A stretch of 64,000 bases of DNA, from contig JBCCYL010000016.1 of NCBI GenBank assembly GCA_039189765.1, positions 32,860-96,859 on the forward strand. Reading direction: 5' to 3'. Position 1 is the stretch's first letter. Each line of letters opens with the position of its first letter. Made by a program: the position numbers and the translations under genes. This document shows positions 21,801-31,154 of the stretch, piece by piece. The stretch comes from Cyanobacteria bacterium P01_F01_bin.150 (GTDB taxonomy: Bacteria > Cyanobacteriota > Cyanobacteriia > CAKZMO01). Below the pieces are notes generated by a model. It did not search any database, was not told where the DNA came from, and saw only the letters and a program-made list of their open reading frames with translations.

Positions 21801-22720
21801 CAGAGGCCGAAGACTTTGACAAACAGTCTCTAGAAGAATTTCATGGGCCAGGAACAGTCTGGGGGGTTGCTTTTAGCGCCGATGGCCGGTGGATAGCTTC
21901 AGCGTCAGAAGATACGACTATCAAGCTATGGTCCCGTGACGGCACTTTAGTGCAAACCTTGAGTGGCCATCGTGAAGCGATGCGAGATGTCGTCTTTAGC
22001 CCTGACAGTCGTTTCTTAGCCTCCAGTTCTACCGATGGCACCATTAACTTATGGCCTATTTCATCGTCCACGCCAAACCGTAATCAAGGGCAACAGCCCA
22101 GCCGCCTTGCACAATCGTCACCAATTGCGACAAAGGTTAAAACCTTTACTAATCAGCAAGGGAGTATCAGAGGACTGACATTTAGCCCCAATGGTCGTTT
22201 TCTGGCAGCAGGAACAGTCAATAACAGCATTAACATTTGGAATATTGATGACCCAAGAGAGCCAACATACATCATTCCCCGATTTTGGCGCAATGGCGAT
22301 CGCGGAGATGGTCATCGTGGCGCAATTTGGGATGTGGCCTTTAGCTCGGATGGTCAGCTTCTCGCCTCTGCTTCGCTGGATGGCACAGTCAAAATATGGG
22401 CGATGCCTGAGGCAATTGCTCAATCTTCAACCCCAGCATCTCCTTCAACCTCTCACCCTGATACACCACATTTAGTCAGAACCCTAACAGGACATGATGG
22501 CCCGGTGCGAGGAGTTGCCTTTAGTCCAGATGGACAAACGCTTGCCTCCGCTAGTGATGACAGAAATTTAATTCTATGGCAGCTAGACACGATCCTAGGC
22601 GAGGATGAACTCAATTATGCCTGCCGGTGGATCGATGATTATTGGCACTATCAACTCCAGCCACAAGCTTTAGCTGATACGAGCCTCTCTCCACCAGAGA
22701 TTTGTGGCTACTTCGACTAA
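18851..22720 (+). CDS. AAA_35 (STAND-like) NTPase-TM-WD40 repeat protein
   Basis: YQVGGSL start, LNSRQMGKSSL Walker A variant, IFLDEID Walker B, RTPFNIG, WTNGQPFLTQKLC; TM helix near aa 480-497; many WD40 repeats. Confidence 0.9.
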   Translation: MYYQVGGSLASNAPCYIPRSSDMELYQALRRGDFCYVLNSRQMGKSSLMVRTRARLQQEGDRCTIVDMSNVGSENITSLQWYKGVIKDIFRGFKLRRRVDFNAWWDKKTELSLPQRFSQFIQDILLPQFPEDNLVIFLDEIDSILSLPFAVDDFFAVIRYCYNQRAINPAYHRIQFAIVGVATPADLIRDRQRTPFNIGTPIPLEGFTLDQCNPLIDGLTIPHCNISNILQEILNWTNGQPFLTQKLCQLVLSASQDTVADNLIIPPGQEAHWVKNIVKEKLMADWEYQDEPEHLRTIRNRLLNRPDRAGRLLGIYQQILTVTSPASPLPCSSTSLLPGSPVRADNSPEQTELLLSGLVIKQNGILKVKNRLYALVFDAAWVEEQLNNLRPYSHVLSAWVESGQTDESRLLRGNALKDAQQWAQGKQLSDLDHQFLAASMESDRRQEQQALEAARVEALEAQLMQEQKTAQIQRRSLKMVSGALCLVLGLGLVTFWQYRMARTSELNARLSAIRALASSAEGNFDSHRHLDALLQVIQAKERLELLRQESPDLADTELPKHVESVLRRVVYGAEEGNRITTETGIRAVAIAPNNRFIAAAGADGTIYRWSINGQPQPSIPDAHITEINTIAISPDSKWIASGSADKTVKLWHQDNRLYKQLGTHPEGIRRVLFTGDGRLVSVGGGLIRLWTFDGEMINEWHGPEAIAINTQNQTLAVFIPGDRRGSRVRNRPDNRQGNTSNSRPDTGPDNNPEDVQHRLITYSLDNLEHSPLSEVTIESPPARMAFSPDGKHLVFTDQNHQLNIMSVNSDGQLRLGPTAAAHTVLIRNIDISADSQFITTASADNTLKLWDMNGTLLRIFEGHQAVVWHSVFFPKNDADSAEADQRILSAADDGTLRIWQWQVPWLTRLSTESRRIRRVAFSPDGQHIAAASQELALLHGLTNSGALNSIPTKDALFSLAFSPDGQEIATGARNGTMSIWPIASEAEDFDKQSLEEFHGPGTVWGVAFSADGRWIASASEDTTIKLWSRDGTLVQTLSGHREAMRDVVFSPDSRFLASSSTDGTINLWPISSSTPNRNQGQQPSRLAQSSPIATKVKTFTNQQGSIRGLTFSPNGRFLAAGTVNNSINIWNIDDPREPTYIIPRFWRNGDRGDGHRGAIWDVAFSSDGQLLASASLDGTVKIWAMPEAIAQSSTPASPSTSHPDTPHLVRTLTGHDGPVRGVAFSPDGQTLASASDDRNLILWQLDTILGEDELNYACRWIDDYWHYQLQPQALADTSLSPPEICGYFD

Positions 22721-22812
22721 GGCTATTTCTTGAAATAAATATACCAACAACGATGGGTTACACTGTCGCTAACCCATCCTACAAGCGGTAAATTCTTTTC
22801 CAGAAATAGCCT
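22720..22812. mobile_element. MITE-like element (16-bp TIR) containing a GTAG-type REP hairpin
   Basis: AGGCTATTTCTtGAAA ... TTTCcAGAAATAGCCT; internal GATGGGTTACACTGTCGCTAACCCATCCTAC at 22752-22782. Confidence 0.65.
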
Positions 22813-22862
22813 AATGTCAGGTTGAGGTTGACATCAGTTAGCAGACATTATGCATCAATGTA

Positions 22863-22943
22863 TGGGGATCAACTTTAGACAGGTAGTGTGGGCGCGTTGC
22901 GCCCACACTACCGTTAATTTTGGTTCGTCTTAAAACGAAACCC
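22863..22943 (+). repeat. Dispersed hairpin element, family B
   Basis: GGGATCAACTTTAGACAGGTAGTGTGGGCGCGTTGCGCCCACACTACCGTTAATTTTGG...AAAACGAAACCC. Confidence 0.75.
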
Positions 22944-22970
22944 AATGTATTAATGAGACCATTTCTTAAT

Positions 22971-23168
22971 CTATGCGTCTTGTCGCAAATGAATGACCGT
23001 CGGTGATCGCCAATAGTTGCTTTCTAAAGGGCAGGACTTAACGAAACAGGAATCCACAAATCCCAGCCGTCTTGCCATTTCACTGCCATTTTCAAAGTCA
23101 TGATGAATGGAATGATGGAGTACTGCTCGAAGAGTTGTAGGCTGTCTATTTTTCATGGCTGATTTCAT
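22971..23168 (-). CDS. Possible small hypothetical protein
   Basis: 65-aa ATG ORF directly downstream of, and co-oriented with, the ABC permease; no recognised family. Confidence 0.3.
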   Translation of the reverse strand: MKSAMKNRQPTTLRAVLHHSIHHDFENGSEMARRLGFVDSCFVKSCPLESNYWRSPTVIHLRQDA

Positions 23169-23241
23169 CCGATTAATAAATGTGTTTTAAATTATTAAAC
23201 TGAATTAGGGCATCAACTTTAGGCCATCCTATTGAACCATT

Positions 23242-24096
23242 CTATCCTTTGACACCGCTGCCAGCTTCAGTAGGGACGATATAGCGCTGCATAAATGAAA
23301 AGAAAGTCAAAATCGGCGTAATCGAAATCACTGACCCAGCCGCAATCAACCTCCAATCCAGGGAAAAGGCCCCAGCTAATTTAGCGACACCCAATGGCAA
23401 CGTATAGTATTCGGGCTGATCTAGCAGGATTAATGGCCATAGAAAATCACTCCAAGCTCCGATAAACACAAAAATTGCCAGGGTAACAAGGGCCGGACGA
23501 ATAGATGGCAGCATAACAAACCACCAAATGCCTAGCTCAGAACATCCATCCATGCGTGCCGCTTCTTCTAATTCTTTGGGCACCCCTTGGAACGCCTGAC
23601 GTAGTAGAAAAATACCAAACGCAGAGGCAATCGCTGGAAAGATTAAGCCTAAATAGCTATTTCTCAATCCCAAATTGACCGCCAAAATATATAGTGGAAT
23701 CATTACAATTTGAAACGGAATTAGGATGGTGGTTACAGTTAGAGTAAATAAAGCATCACGTCCCCGAAACTCCAATCTTGCTAGTGGATAAGCCGCTAGT
23801 GAGCATACTAGTAAATTCAGCATCACTGTCAATACAGCCACCAACGTGCTGTTAAACAGATATCGGCCAAATGGGTTGGTCTGCCAAACTCTGACAAAGT
23901 TAGAAAAGGTCGGCGATTCGGGCCAAAGTTGGGGAGGAAACTGAAAAATATCCTCCGTAGGTGCTTTGAATGCCGTGCTAATCAACCATAGCAAAGGGAG
24001 GAGCATAAAAAATGCGATCGCTCCCAATACAATATAGTTGGTTATGCTTTTGAAGATTCCTTTATAATAGGTATCATACTGATTGTTGACAATCAC
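23242..24096 (-). CDS. Carbohydrate ABC transporter permease (MalG-like)
   Basis: YLFNS, AAYPLAR, PKELEEAARMDG EAA loop, WSDFLWP, GVKG end. Confidence 0.92.
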   Translation of the reverse strand: MIVNNQYDTYYKGIFKSITNYIVLGAIAFFMLLPLLWLISTAFKAPTEDIFQFPPQLWPESPTFSNFVRVWQTNPFGRYLFNSTLVAVLTVMLNLLVCSLAAYPLARLEFRGRDALFTLTVTTILIPFQIVMIPLYILAVNLGLRNSYLGLIFPAIASAFGIFLLRQAFQGVPKELEEAARMDGCSELGIWWFVMLPSIRPALVTLAIFVFIGAWSDFLWPLILLDQPEYYTLPLGVAKLAGAFSLDWRLIAAGSVISITPILTFFSFMQRYIVPTEAGSGVKG

Positions 24097-24558
24097 TTGC
24101 TTTGCCTCTTTTCGCTCACTTGCCGATATAAACGAAATCTACCGATTGCTGGACAGTAAACTGCTTCACTAAGTTTGAGCCTACTCAAAAACAGGGTCTT
24201 TGGGGCCATTAAACCGTCCATACAGCATAGTTCCTCTATCCCTCATTCTCAAGCATGTCGCGATTAGGCTAAGTGTAGAAGCACAGAATAAAAGACTCCA
24301 GACTCTTCATAATTTAGCCTCTCCACATCAAGGCCCCTCAGGATAGAAAAGAGATAATTGTGGAGAATAAGTGTTTAGCCTTTAGATCGTTAACATTCGA
24401 GTTATTTAGGGTACATTGAGGCTATCTGGGTGCATTGGATGACAAAAGTAAGATAATTGACCCCTAACCACTCAGTCTTGAGTGACAATGTAGGGTGAAA
24501 TCTTCCATGCTTGAGGTATTTCTAATTCATTTTGAGTCAAGCTCATAGACATCTGACT

Positions 24559-25173
24559 ATGGACCCATACAGTACAGCAGTTCTTCTGATTGGTTTTCAA
24601 AACGACTATTTTGCGCCAGACGGTATTTTACACAGCGTTATCGAAGCCTCGGCGACAACGGTCAAAACAGTTGAGCATACAACAAAGCTACTCCGTTCTC
24701 TTATGGGTTCGGGCGTGCTAGTTATTTCTACGCCCATTTTCTTCACATCGAGTTACGAAGAACTGGTTGAGCCTGTTGGTATTCTCAAAACCATCAAAGA
24801 AGTGGGGGCCTTCCAAAAAGATGGGAGGGGGTCAGAAACTATTGCGGAGTTTGGGCCGTTTAGGGAGCAGATTCTTGAGATCCCCGGAAAACGAGGTCTA
24901 AATGCCTTTATCAACACAAACTTAAACGATATTCTACGGCAGAGAGATATCACCCAATTAGTTATTGCGGGAGCAGTAACGTCTGTGTGCATTGACTCTA
25001 CAGGGCGCTCTGCTTATGAGCAAGGGTATCAAGTATCAGTTTTGAGTGACTGTACCTCGGCTCGAACCACCTTCGAGCAAGAATTTTATTTTGAAAATGT
25101 GTTCCCCCTGTATGCGAAGCCAATGTCCTCGTTAGAGCTATTAGAACAGCTACGTATTCCAGCCCTATGCTAG
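24559..25173 (+). CDS. Isochorismatase/cysteine hydrolase family protein, catalytic Asp replaced by Gly
   Basis: LLIGFQNDYF, GKRGLNAF.NTNL, GAVTSVCIDSTGRSAYEQGY; stop overlaps start of the next kinase. Confidence 0.85.
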   Translation: MDPYSTAVLLIGFQNDYFAPDGILHSVIEASATTVKTVEHTTKLLRSLMGSGVLVISTPIFFTSSYEELVEPVGILKTIKEVGAFQKDGRGSETIAEFGPFREQILEIPGKRGLNAFINTNLNDILRQRDITQLVIAGAVTSVCIDSTGRSAYEQGYQVSVLSDCTSARTTFEQEFYFENVFPLYAKPMSSLELLEQLRIPALC

Positions 25174-26588
25174 AGCTTGATGCCAATAATGAATTAAATA
25201 CGCAGATTCAATATCGCTTAATAGAGAAACTTACCCAGTCAGAACGACGGTATCGTGAGCTGGTAGAAAATCTTCGGGAGATCGTCTTTGAGTGCGATTG
25301 CCATGGAACTCTCTCATTTCTCAATCAAGCCTGGGCCGAAACCCTTGGCTATCCAACATCAGAGTCGCTTGGCAAAGACTTGGGAGATTTTGTGCATCCT
25401 ACTAATATTGGCCAATGGCAAGCGGCCCTCTGCTGTCAGGCCGATACAAATATGGTGCTGCAATTTGTCCATCAAGATGGGCAATATCTGTGGTTAGAAC
25501 TCTCTATGCGTCCCTCTGCCAAAGAAGATTGGTCTGGGTCCCTTATTGACATCACTGAACGCAGACAAGCTGCGCAGATTCTCCAAAAAGCGAATGAGGC
25601 ATTAGAAGACAGGGTCAGGCGACGCACTGCCGAACTCATTCAGGCTAATCATGACTTAACTCAAGCCCTCCAGGAGTTGAGGTGTACCCAAGGACAACTA
25701 ATTCAAACAGAGAAGATGTCTAGCCTGGGGCAGTTGGTTGCAGGTATTGCCCATGAGATCAATAATCCTATTAGCTTTGTGTATGGAAATTTGGATCCGG
25801 CTCAGAGCTATACTCATGATTTATTGTATATTTTAGAGCTTTATCAAATTTGCTACCCGGAACCAGATCCTATTATTCAAGCAACATTAAAAAAACTGGA
25901 TATTGATTTTCTTAAAACGGATTTTCCAAAGCTGATTGAATCTATGCGAATGGGTAGCCAGCGGATTCAAGACATTGTTTTATCCCTGCGTAATTTCTCC
26001 CGCTTAGATGAATCCGAAGTTAAAATCGTTAATATTCATGAGGGTATTGACAATACATTACTTATTCTCAATGGTCGTCTGAAGGCGAATTGTCATACTG
26101 AAGCTATTCAACTAATAAAGGTTTACGGGCCTTTGCCGCTAGTTGAATGTTTTCCAGGGGAATTGAATCAAGTATTTATGAATATATTGTCGAATGCTAT
26201 TGATGCATTAGAAGAGGGCCAAGAATTACTGGTCTCTACCATCGATGATTCATTACAGCCTTCTCAAAACAATGCAATAGGCGAAGCTGTAAGCCAGAGC
26301 TTACTGGAAAAGCGACCGACCATTACTATCAAGACTGAAGTCTGTGGCGATCGCGTCATTGTTACTATTGCCGACAATGGTCCTGGCATCTCCGCTAATA
26401 ATAGATCAAAGCTATTCGATCCTTTCTTTACCACTAAACCTGCTGGCAAAGGGACTGGCCTTGGTCTTTCGATTAGCCATAAGATTATTACTGAACGGCA
26501 TAAAGGAACAATCGAATGTGACTCAGTTCTTGATCAAGGCACTACATTTACAATTCAGATTCCGGCTCGTATTTGCCCATCCTTATAG
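25167..26588 (+). CDS. PAS domain sensor histidine kinase
   Basis: PAS (FLNQAW..TLGY, FVHP), EKMSSLGQLVAGIAHEINNP H-box, ELNQVFMNILSNA, DNGPGI, FDPFFTTK, GTGLGL. Confidence 0.92.
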   Translation: MLELDANNELNTQIQYRLIEKLTQSERRYRELVENLREIVFECDCHGTLSFLNQAWAETLGYPTSESLGKDLGDFVHPTNIGQWQAALCCQADTNMVLQFVHQDGQYLWLELSMRPSAKEDWSGSLIDITERRQAAQILQKANEALEDRVRRRTAELIQANHDLTQALQELRCTQGQLIQTEKMSSLGQLVAGIAHEINNPISFVYGNLDPAQSYTHDLLYILELYQICYPEPDPIIQATLKKLDIDFLKTDFPKLIESMRMGSQRIQDIVLSLRNFSRLDESEVKIVNIHEGIDNTLLILNGRLKANCHTEAIQLIKVYGPLPLVECFPGELNQVFMNILSNAIDALEEGQELLVSTIDDSLQPSQNNAIGEAVSQSLLEKRPTITIKTEVCGDRVIVTIADNGPGISANNRSKLFDPFFTTKPAGKGTGLGLSISHKIITERHKGTIECDSVLDQGTTFTIQIPARICPSL

Positions 26589-26592
26589 CCTC

Positions 26593-26692
26593 ATAAGCAG
26601 GTGGACATAATTAATTTAATGAAAATCGGGGTGGGTGGGGCGCCCCGCGGGCCCCCACACCCCGATAAAAATAATTTTGTCTGGGTGCTTAT
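26593..26692. mobile_element. MITE-like element, family C (copy 1)
   Basis: ATAAGCAggtgGACA...TGTCtgggTGCTTAT imperfect TIR with central GC hairpin; second copy at 53135-53228. Confidence 0.7.
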
Positions 26693-26699
26693 ACCTATA

Positions 26700-26772
26700 G
26701 GCTGGTTCCGTTTTGGAGCAAAATAGATTAACGATGGTGTAAGCACGAAGTGCCCACACCATCCGCCTAAAG
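26700..26772 (-). repeat. Dispersed hairpin element, family B (reverse)
   Basis: CGTTTT...CAAAA.AGATTAACGATGGTGT...CACACCATCCGCCTAAAG. Confidence 0.7.
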
Positions 26773-26796
26773 AGGGTCCCCCCATCGGCAATTCCT

Positions 26797-27279
26797 CTAA
26801 TAGTTCTTCATTGCTCGTTCAATGTCACGCTTGGCATCTTTCTTCTTCAAATCCTCCCGTTTGTCATGGAGCTTCTTACCCTTTGCTAATGCAATAGAAA
26901 CTTTAACCCATCCTTTTTTGAGATAGAGCTTTAGAGGAACTAGGGTCAATCCTTTTTGTTCTACCTGTCCGATTAACTTATTAATTTCTTGCTTATGGAG
27001 CAACAGTTTACGCTCTCGACGGGGTTCATGGTTAAACACTTGGGTTGTTGTTGTGCAGGGGGAAATATGAATATTCTGAAGCCAAGCCTCTCCACGACGA
27101 ATTACAGTAAATCCATCTTTCAGATTGACCCGTCCCTGACGAATCGATTTCACTTCAGTGCCTAAAAGTTCGATACCCGCTTCATAAGTTTCCAAAATAT
27201 GATACAAGTGGCGAGCCTGCCGATTATCCGCCAGCACTTTTTGACCAGGAGGCGATTTAGTTTTCTTTGCTTTTGCCAT
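26797..27279 (-). CDS. smpB: SsrA-binding protein SmpB
   Basis: [39 protein letters not shown]. Confidence 0.97.
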   Translation of the reverse strand: MAKAKKTKSPPGQKVLADNRQARHLYHILETYEAGIELLGTEVKSIRQGRVNLKDGFTVIRRGEAWLQNIHISPCTTTTQVFNHEPRRERKLLLHKQEINKLIGQVEQKGLTLVPLKLYLKKGWVKVSIALAKGKKLHDKREDLKKKDAKRDIERAMKNY

Positions 27280-27308
27280 GAAAGTTGCCTACTGAAGTTT
27301 GTTTACAC

Positions 27309-27581
27309 TCACCCTACGACCACGCACCACTCATGCAGTTCATAGATAACGCAACCTGCTTTAATCAGTGGATCGCGGTTGACGATATCAGTCGCTTCCT
27401 TTAAATCGTTGGCTTTAAACAATAACATTCCCCCTCCTTTTTCGGCCCAGTAGCCTGTTTTGGCTTCATGCCCCTGTTCAATTAACTCTTGAACGTAGAC
27501 CTTATGGGCTGAAACATGCTGATCAAAGAGGACTTTCTCAACAATTCCTTTCTCTATTTTGACAAACCAAGGCATAGGCAA
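27309..27581 (-). CDS. YciI family protein
   Basis: PWFVKIE...AH..Y...GYW...GGGMLLF...DPLI...YELHEW. Confidence 0.85.
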   Translation of the reverse strand: MPMPWFVKIEKGIVEKVLFDQHVSAHKVYVQELIEQGHEAKTGYWAEKGGGMLLFKANDLKEATDIVNRDPLIKAGCVIYELHEWCVVVG

Positions 27582-27590
27582 ACTGCAATA

Positions 27591-29078
27591 TCAACTTTTA
27601 GGCGATGAGCCTGCTGGACTCTGCCTTAAACGCTCTTCCAATTCTGACTTAACCCGATGCAAAATAGAGGCTTCGTCTAGGGAATTTAAGATAGTCTTAA
27701 TCGATGCTTTGGGTCCATCTTTGCCCCAAGAAGCTCCATTTGCCAAGTATTGTTTGCAGATTTGGCCAATGGCGTAGGTGGCCACACCTGCCACACCTGC
27801 TTGGGCGATCGCCACCGACACATAGGGGGCTAACGATAATCCACCAGTGGCAGGAGCGGCCAATCCCAACGCCCCTTTTAGAGAACTTAAACCCAGAGTC
27901 GTAAACAATTCTGTGATAGAAATGCCCCCCATGCCGACGGCAATATGACGCAGCAGCTTGACGGCACCGTGGTGAGTCATGGGCAGTCCGTAGAGGCGTG
28001 AGAGTGCTACTAGCATTACTACATCCACCACGGCTCCGCTCAGAATGTCTACCACGGTAATTGGGTTGAGCGCGGTGGCGATCGCCTTGGCCATCACAAT
28101 TTGCCAGATTAGATCGTTGGCGGCGCGATCGCGAATCTCCGTCTTGCGCTGTACCAACTGGTCGTGGACCTCATCGGCATAGAGCATCGTATTCAATGCC
28201 ACCAATGCTTTACCTTCTTGCTGTAGTATCTCCAGAATTTTAAGTTTCAGGCCTATCACATCTGGCGTTCCCCGTTTCCGCTTAATCGTTGTACTACCAT
28301 CGGCTTGTTGCACGACTTCTGAGACTAGCGGCGCAGCAGATGCCATAACAATCTCCTCAGGGGACAGTAAATCTTTTACCCGCTGGTCCTTTAAGGTCTG
28401 ATAGAGCTGATGGCGATCGGCATTGGGATATTGATCCACCTTATTAAATACCAGCAAAATAGGCTTGCTAAATTGACGCAGTTCCCTCAGCGCTTCATGT
28501 TCTACTGTCGTCATGTCACCAGCAACCACAAACAGGATTAAATCGGCTTGTTTAGCCACTTGATGAGCAAGGTGCGATCGCGATTCTCCATCCACCTCGT
28601 CAATCCCTGGAGTATCCACTAGTTCTACCCCGTTAATAGTCCACTGAGATTTAGCGATGGTTTTGGTGACCCCGTGCAGTGGCCCCGTTTCAAATATCTC
28701 TTGACCAATCAAAGCATTGAGCAGGGAAGATTTGCCGCGTCCCACTAACCCAAATACTGCAATCTGGACCACTGATTGTTCCAAACGGCCCAACATAATA
28801 CGAAGCTGACCAAGGGTTGGGTCCAGCCCTTGACGCTCACGGGGGGTTAAATCCAGGCGCTCGAATAAGCGGGTAAACGCCTGCTGGGTATTTTGAATAT
28901 CAAGTTCTGTTTGATAATTTGTTAACGATTGCAGCGCCTGATCCCAGTCCTGATCGCTTGAGGCTGTCTCATGCGATATTTCTCCACCATCGTCAATGGA
29001 CGAATGTCTTAACGACTGGATAACGTTATCCCACTCATCATTGGTCCCGTGGGCAGGGGTGGACATATGATTTTCCAT
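27591..29078 (-). CDS. Era-like GTP-binding protein with DUF697 C-terminus
   Basis: GLVGRGKSS (G1), DTPG (G3), NKVD (G4), hydrophobic DUF697-like region. Confidence 0.88.
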   Translation of the reverse strand: MENHMSTPAHGTNDEWDNVIQSLRHSSIDDGGEISHETASSDQDWDQALQSLTNYQTELDIQNTQQAFTRLFERLDLTPRERQGLDPTLGQLRIMLGRLEQSVVQIAVFGLVGRGKSSLLNALIGQEIFETGPLHGVTKTIAKSQWTINGVELVDTPGIDEVDGESRSHLAHQVAKQADLILFVVAGDMTTVEHEALRELRQFSKPILLVFNKVDQYPNADRHQLYQTLKDQRVKDLLSPEEIVMASAAPLVSEVVQQADGSTTIKRKRGTPDVIGLKLKILEILQQEGKALVALNTMLYADEVHDQLVQRKTEIRDRAANDLIWQIVMAKAIATALNPITVVDILSGAVVDVVMLVALSRLYGLPMTHHGAVKLLRHIAVGMGGISITELFTTLGLSSLKGALGLAAPATGGLSLAPYVSVAIAQAGVAGVATYAIGQICKQYLANGASWGKDGPKASIKTILNSLDEASILHRVKSELEERLRQSPAGSSPKS

Positions 29079-29250
29079 AGCCCCATTTTAGAACAGGGAG
29101 AATCGTTTACATATCTACAGGTAAATGTGAATTTTATTAAAGCAATCTTAAGGAATTTACTTTTTGTCGTAGATTTGAAAGTATAAGTTTGAGCTTTAAT
29201 TGGCCGCAAATTCTCTAAATTTCTTCCCTTTTGCCAGAGGCTTATATCCT

Positions 29251-31110
29251 GTGTCTGAGGATCGAGTTGATATCAAACCAGAGCGGAGTCCTTCTGCTAT
29301 AAGTCCATCAGAGGATAATCCCCAAGCTCTATTAGAAGGATTTAAATGGCAGTATCAGCGGGCAAAGCTGTTTTCTGAAGTTACCCTCAAAATACGCCAG
29401 TCTTTGAATCTAAGCGAGATTCTCAATACGACTGTGGCTGAAATCCAACACTTTCTGGCCGCCGATCGCGTTTTGATTTATCAAGTGCTAGCAGACAGCA
29501 CTGGCAAAGCGATTAGTGAATCTGTGCTGCCCCCCCATGTAGCACTTTTAGGGATGGAGTTTCCGGAAGAGGTGTTTCCGGCAGATTATCAGAATCTGTA
29601 CGCCGAAGGTCGGGTGCAGGCGATCGCGGATGTCCATAGCCCAGAATCCAACTTAGCGGAGTGCTTGGTGGAGTTTGTAGAACAATTTGGCATTCAGGCC
29701 AAGCTAATTGTGCCGATTCTAGTCGGTTTGCGTAGCGTTTCTGTAGAACCGGATAGTCCCCCCCTCAAAAGCCGCCTGTGGGGGTTGCTGATTGCTCATC
29801 AGTGTGGGGGACCCAGAAAGTGGGCTGAATTCGAGCTGGAGTTGATGCAGCAATTGGCTGACCAAATTGGGATTGCGATCGCTCAGGCTGAATTGCTGGA
29901 AAATTTAGAGACAATTGTTGCCATCCGTACAAGAGAACTACGGCAGGCTAATCAAAAACTACAGCAGGAAATCGCCGATCGGATCCAAGCGGAAAATGCT
30001 TTGCGACGCAATGAGGAACAGCTGCGTCTGATTACCGACGCTCTACCCGTGCTTATTGCCTATGTGGATACTAAACAGCGCTATCGTTTCAACAATGCTG
30101 CCTATACTGACTGGCTGGGTAAATCATTCCAAGCCTTACAAGGTAAACATCTTAAAACGATTTGGGGCGATCGCATTTACGAACGGATGCGGCCATGGGT
30201 AAAGAAAGCCCTCGCAGGAGAAACCGTCAGCTATGAAAATGATATTCACTTTGCAGGCCAGATGCCTCGGTCTGTAGATATCACCTACGTGCCTCACCAA
30301 GATGACAAAACGGGTGCAATTAAAGGCTTTTTTGCCCTAACGAGCGATATTAGCGATCGCAAAGCGGTTGAACGAATGAAGGATGAGTTTATTTCAGTGG
30401 TGAGTCACGAACTACGCACGCCGCTGACGTCCATCCATAGTGCTCTTAAGCTCCTCGCGACGGGACAGTTGGGAAAACTTTCAACAGATGGCCAGCAAAT
30501 GCTGGGTATCGCAGATGAAAACACCGATCGCTTAGTCCGTCTGGTAAACAATGTCCTAGACCTCCAGCGGATTGAATCGGGCGCAGTCACCATGGATCGT
30601 CAAATGTGCGATGCAGCGGAGCTAATGGTGAAAGCGACTGAAGCAATGCAAGCGATGGCGAGACAATACCAAATTGAGCTACTGACGACCCCCATGTCCA
30701 TTGATTTGTGGGTGGACGCAGACTACATCGTCCAGGCCCTTACTAATCTGCTCAGCAATGCCATCAAGTTTTCCACCCCTCAAACCACAGTGTCCTTGAG
30801 TGTTAAGTGTCCTAGGCCTAGAAAACGACGTAGGAGTAAAAAGAGTCGAACCCCAACCACTGTGGAGTTTAGGGTACAGGATCAAGGGCCAGGAATCCCC
30901 AAGGATAAATTGGAAAGCATTTTTGAGCGTTTTCACCAGGTGGACTCATCCGATGCTCGTAAGAAAGGAGGCACAGGATTGGGGTTAACGATTTGTCGAA
31001 AAATTATTGAGCAACATGATGGTGAGATTTGGGCTGAAAGCGTTGAAGGTGAAGGAAGTACGTTTATTTTTACATTGCCCATTCCATCGCTAACTATTCA
31101 GTCCCGTTAA
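29251..31110 (+). CDS. rcaE: Green/red cyanobacteriochrome histidine kinase RcaE (GAF-PAS-HK)
   Basis: GAF with EFPEEVFP..YQ.LYAEGRVQAIADVH...LAECLVEFVEQF (chromophore Cys-Leu), PAS, SHELRTPL; synteny with rcaF/rcaC/pcyA/cpc; GTG 29251 preferred start. Confidence 0.88.
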   Translation: MSEDRVDIKPERSPSAISPSEDNPQALLEGFKWQYQRAKLFSEVTLKIRQSLNLSEILNTTVAEIQHFLAADRVLIYQVLADSTGKAISESVLPPHVALLGMEFPEEVFPADYQNLYAEGRVQAIADVHSPESNLAECLVEFVEQFGIQAKLIVPILVGLRSVSVEPDSPPLKSRLWGLLIAHQCGGPRKWAEFELELMQQLADQIGIAIAQAELLENLETIVAIRTRELRQANQKLQQEIADRIQAENALRRNEEQLRLITDALPVLIAYVDTKQRYRFNNAAYTDWLGKSFQALQGKHLKTIWGDRIYERMRPWVKKALAGETVSYENDIHFAGQMPRSVDITYVPHQDDKTGAIKGFFALTSDISDRKAVERMKDEFISVVSHELRTPLTSIHSALKLLATGQLGKLSTDGQQMLGIADENTDRLVRLVNNVLDLQRIESGAVTMDRQMCDAAELMVKATEAMQAMARQYQIELLTTPMSIDLWVDADYIVQALTNLLSNAIKFSTPQTTVSLSVKCPRPRKRRRSKKSRTPTTVEFRVQDQGPGIPKDKLESIFERFHQVDSSDARKKGGTGLGLTICRKIIEQHDGEIWAESVEGEGSTFIFTLPIPSLTIQSR

Positions 31111-31154
31111 TCAGAGTCCTGGGCATTGGTGCCCTATTTAGTCAAAGGTAAATC

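Noticed and set aside
26591..26791. Small ORFs at 26591..26791 and 53157..53405 sharing ISTQTK.FLSGC
   Set aside because: The similarity comes from the shared family C repeat, not from protein conservation
26797..27279. tmRNA or prophage integration next to smpB
   Set aside because: No ssrA-like sequence, integrase or phage genes recognised
29251..31110. CcaS assignment for the photoreceptor
   Set aside because: No N-terminal TM, single PAS, followed by RcaF/RcaC-type regulators, and L-boxes rather than a G-box/cpcL
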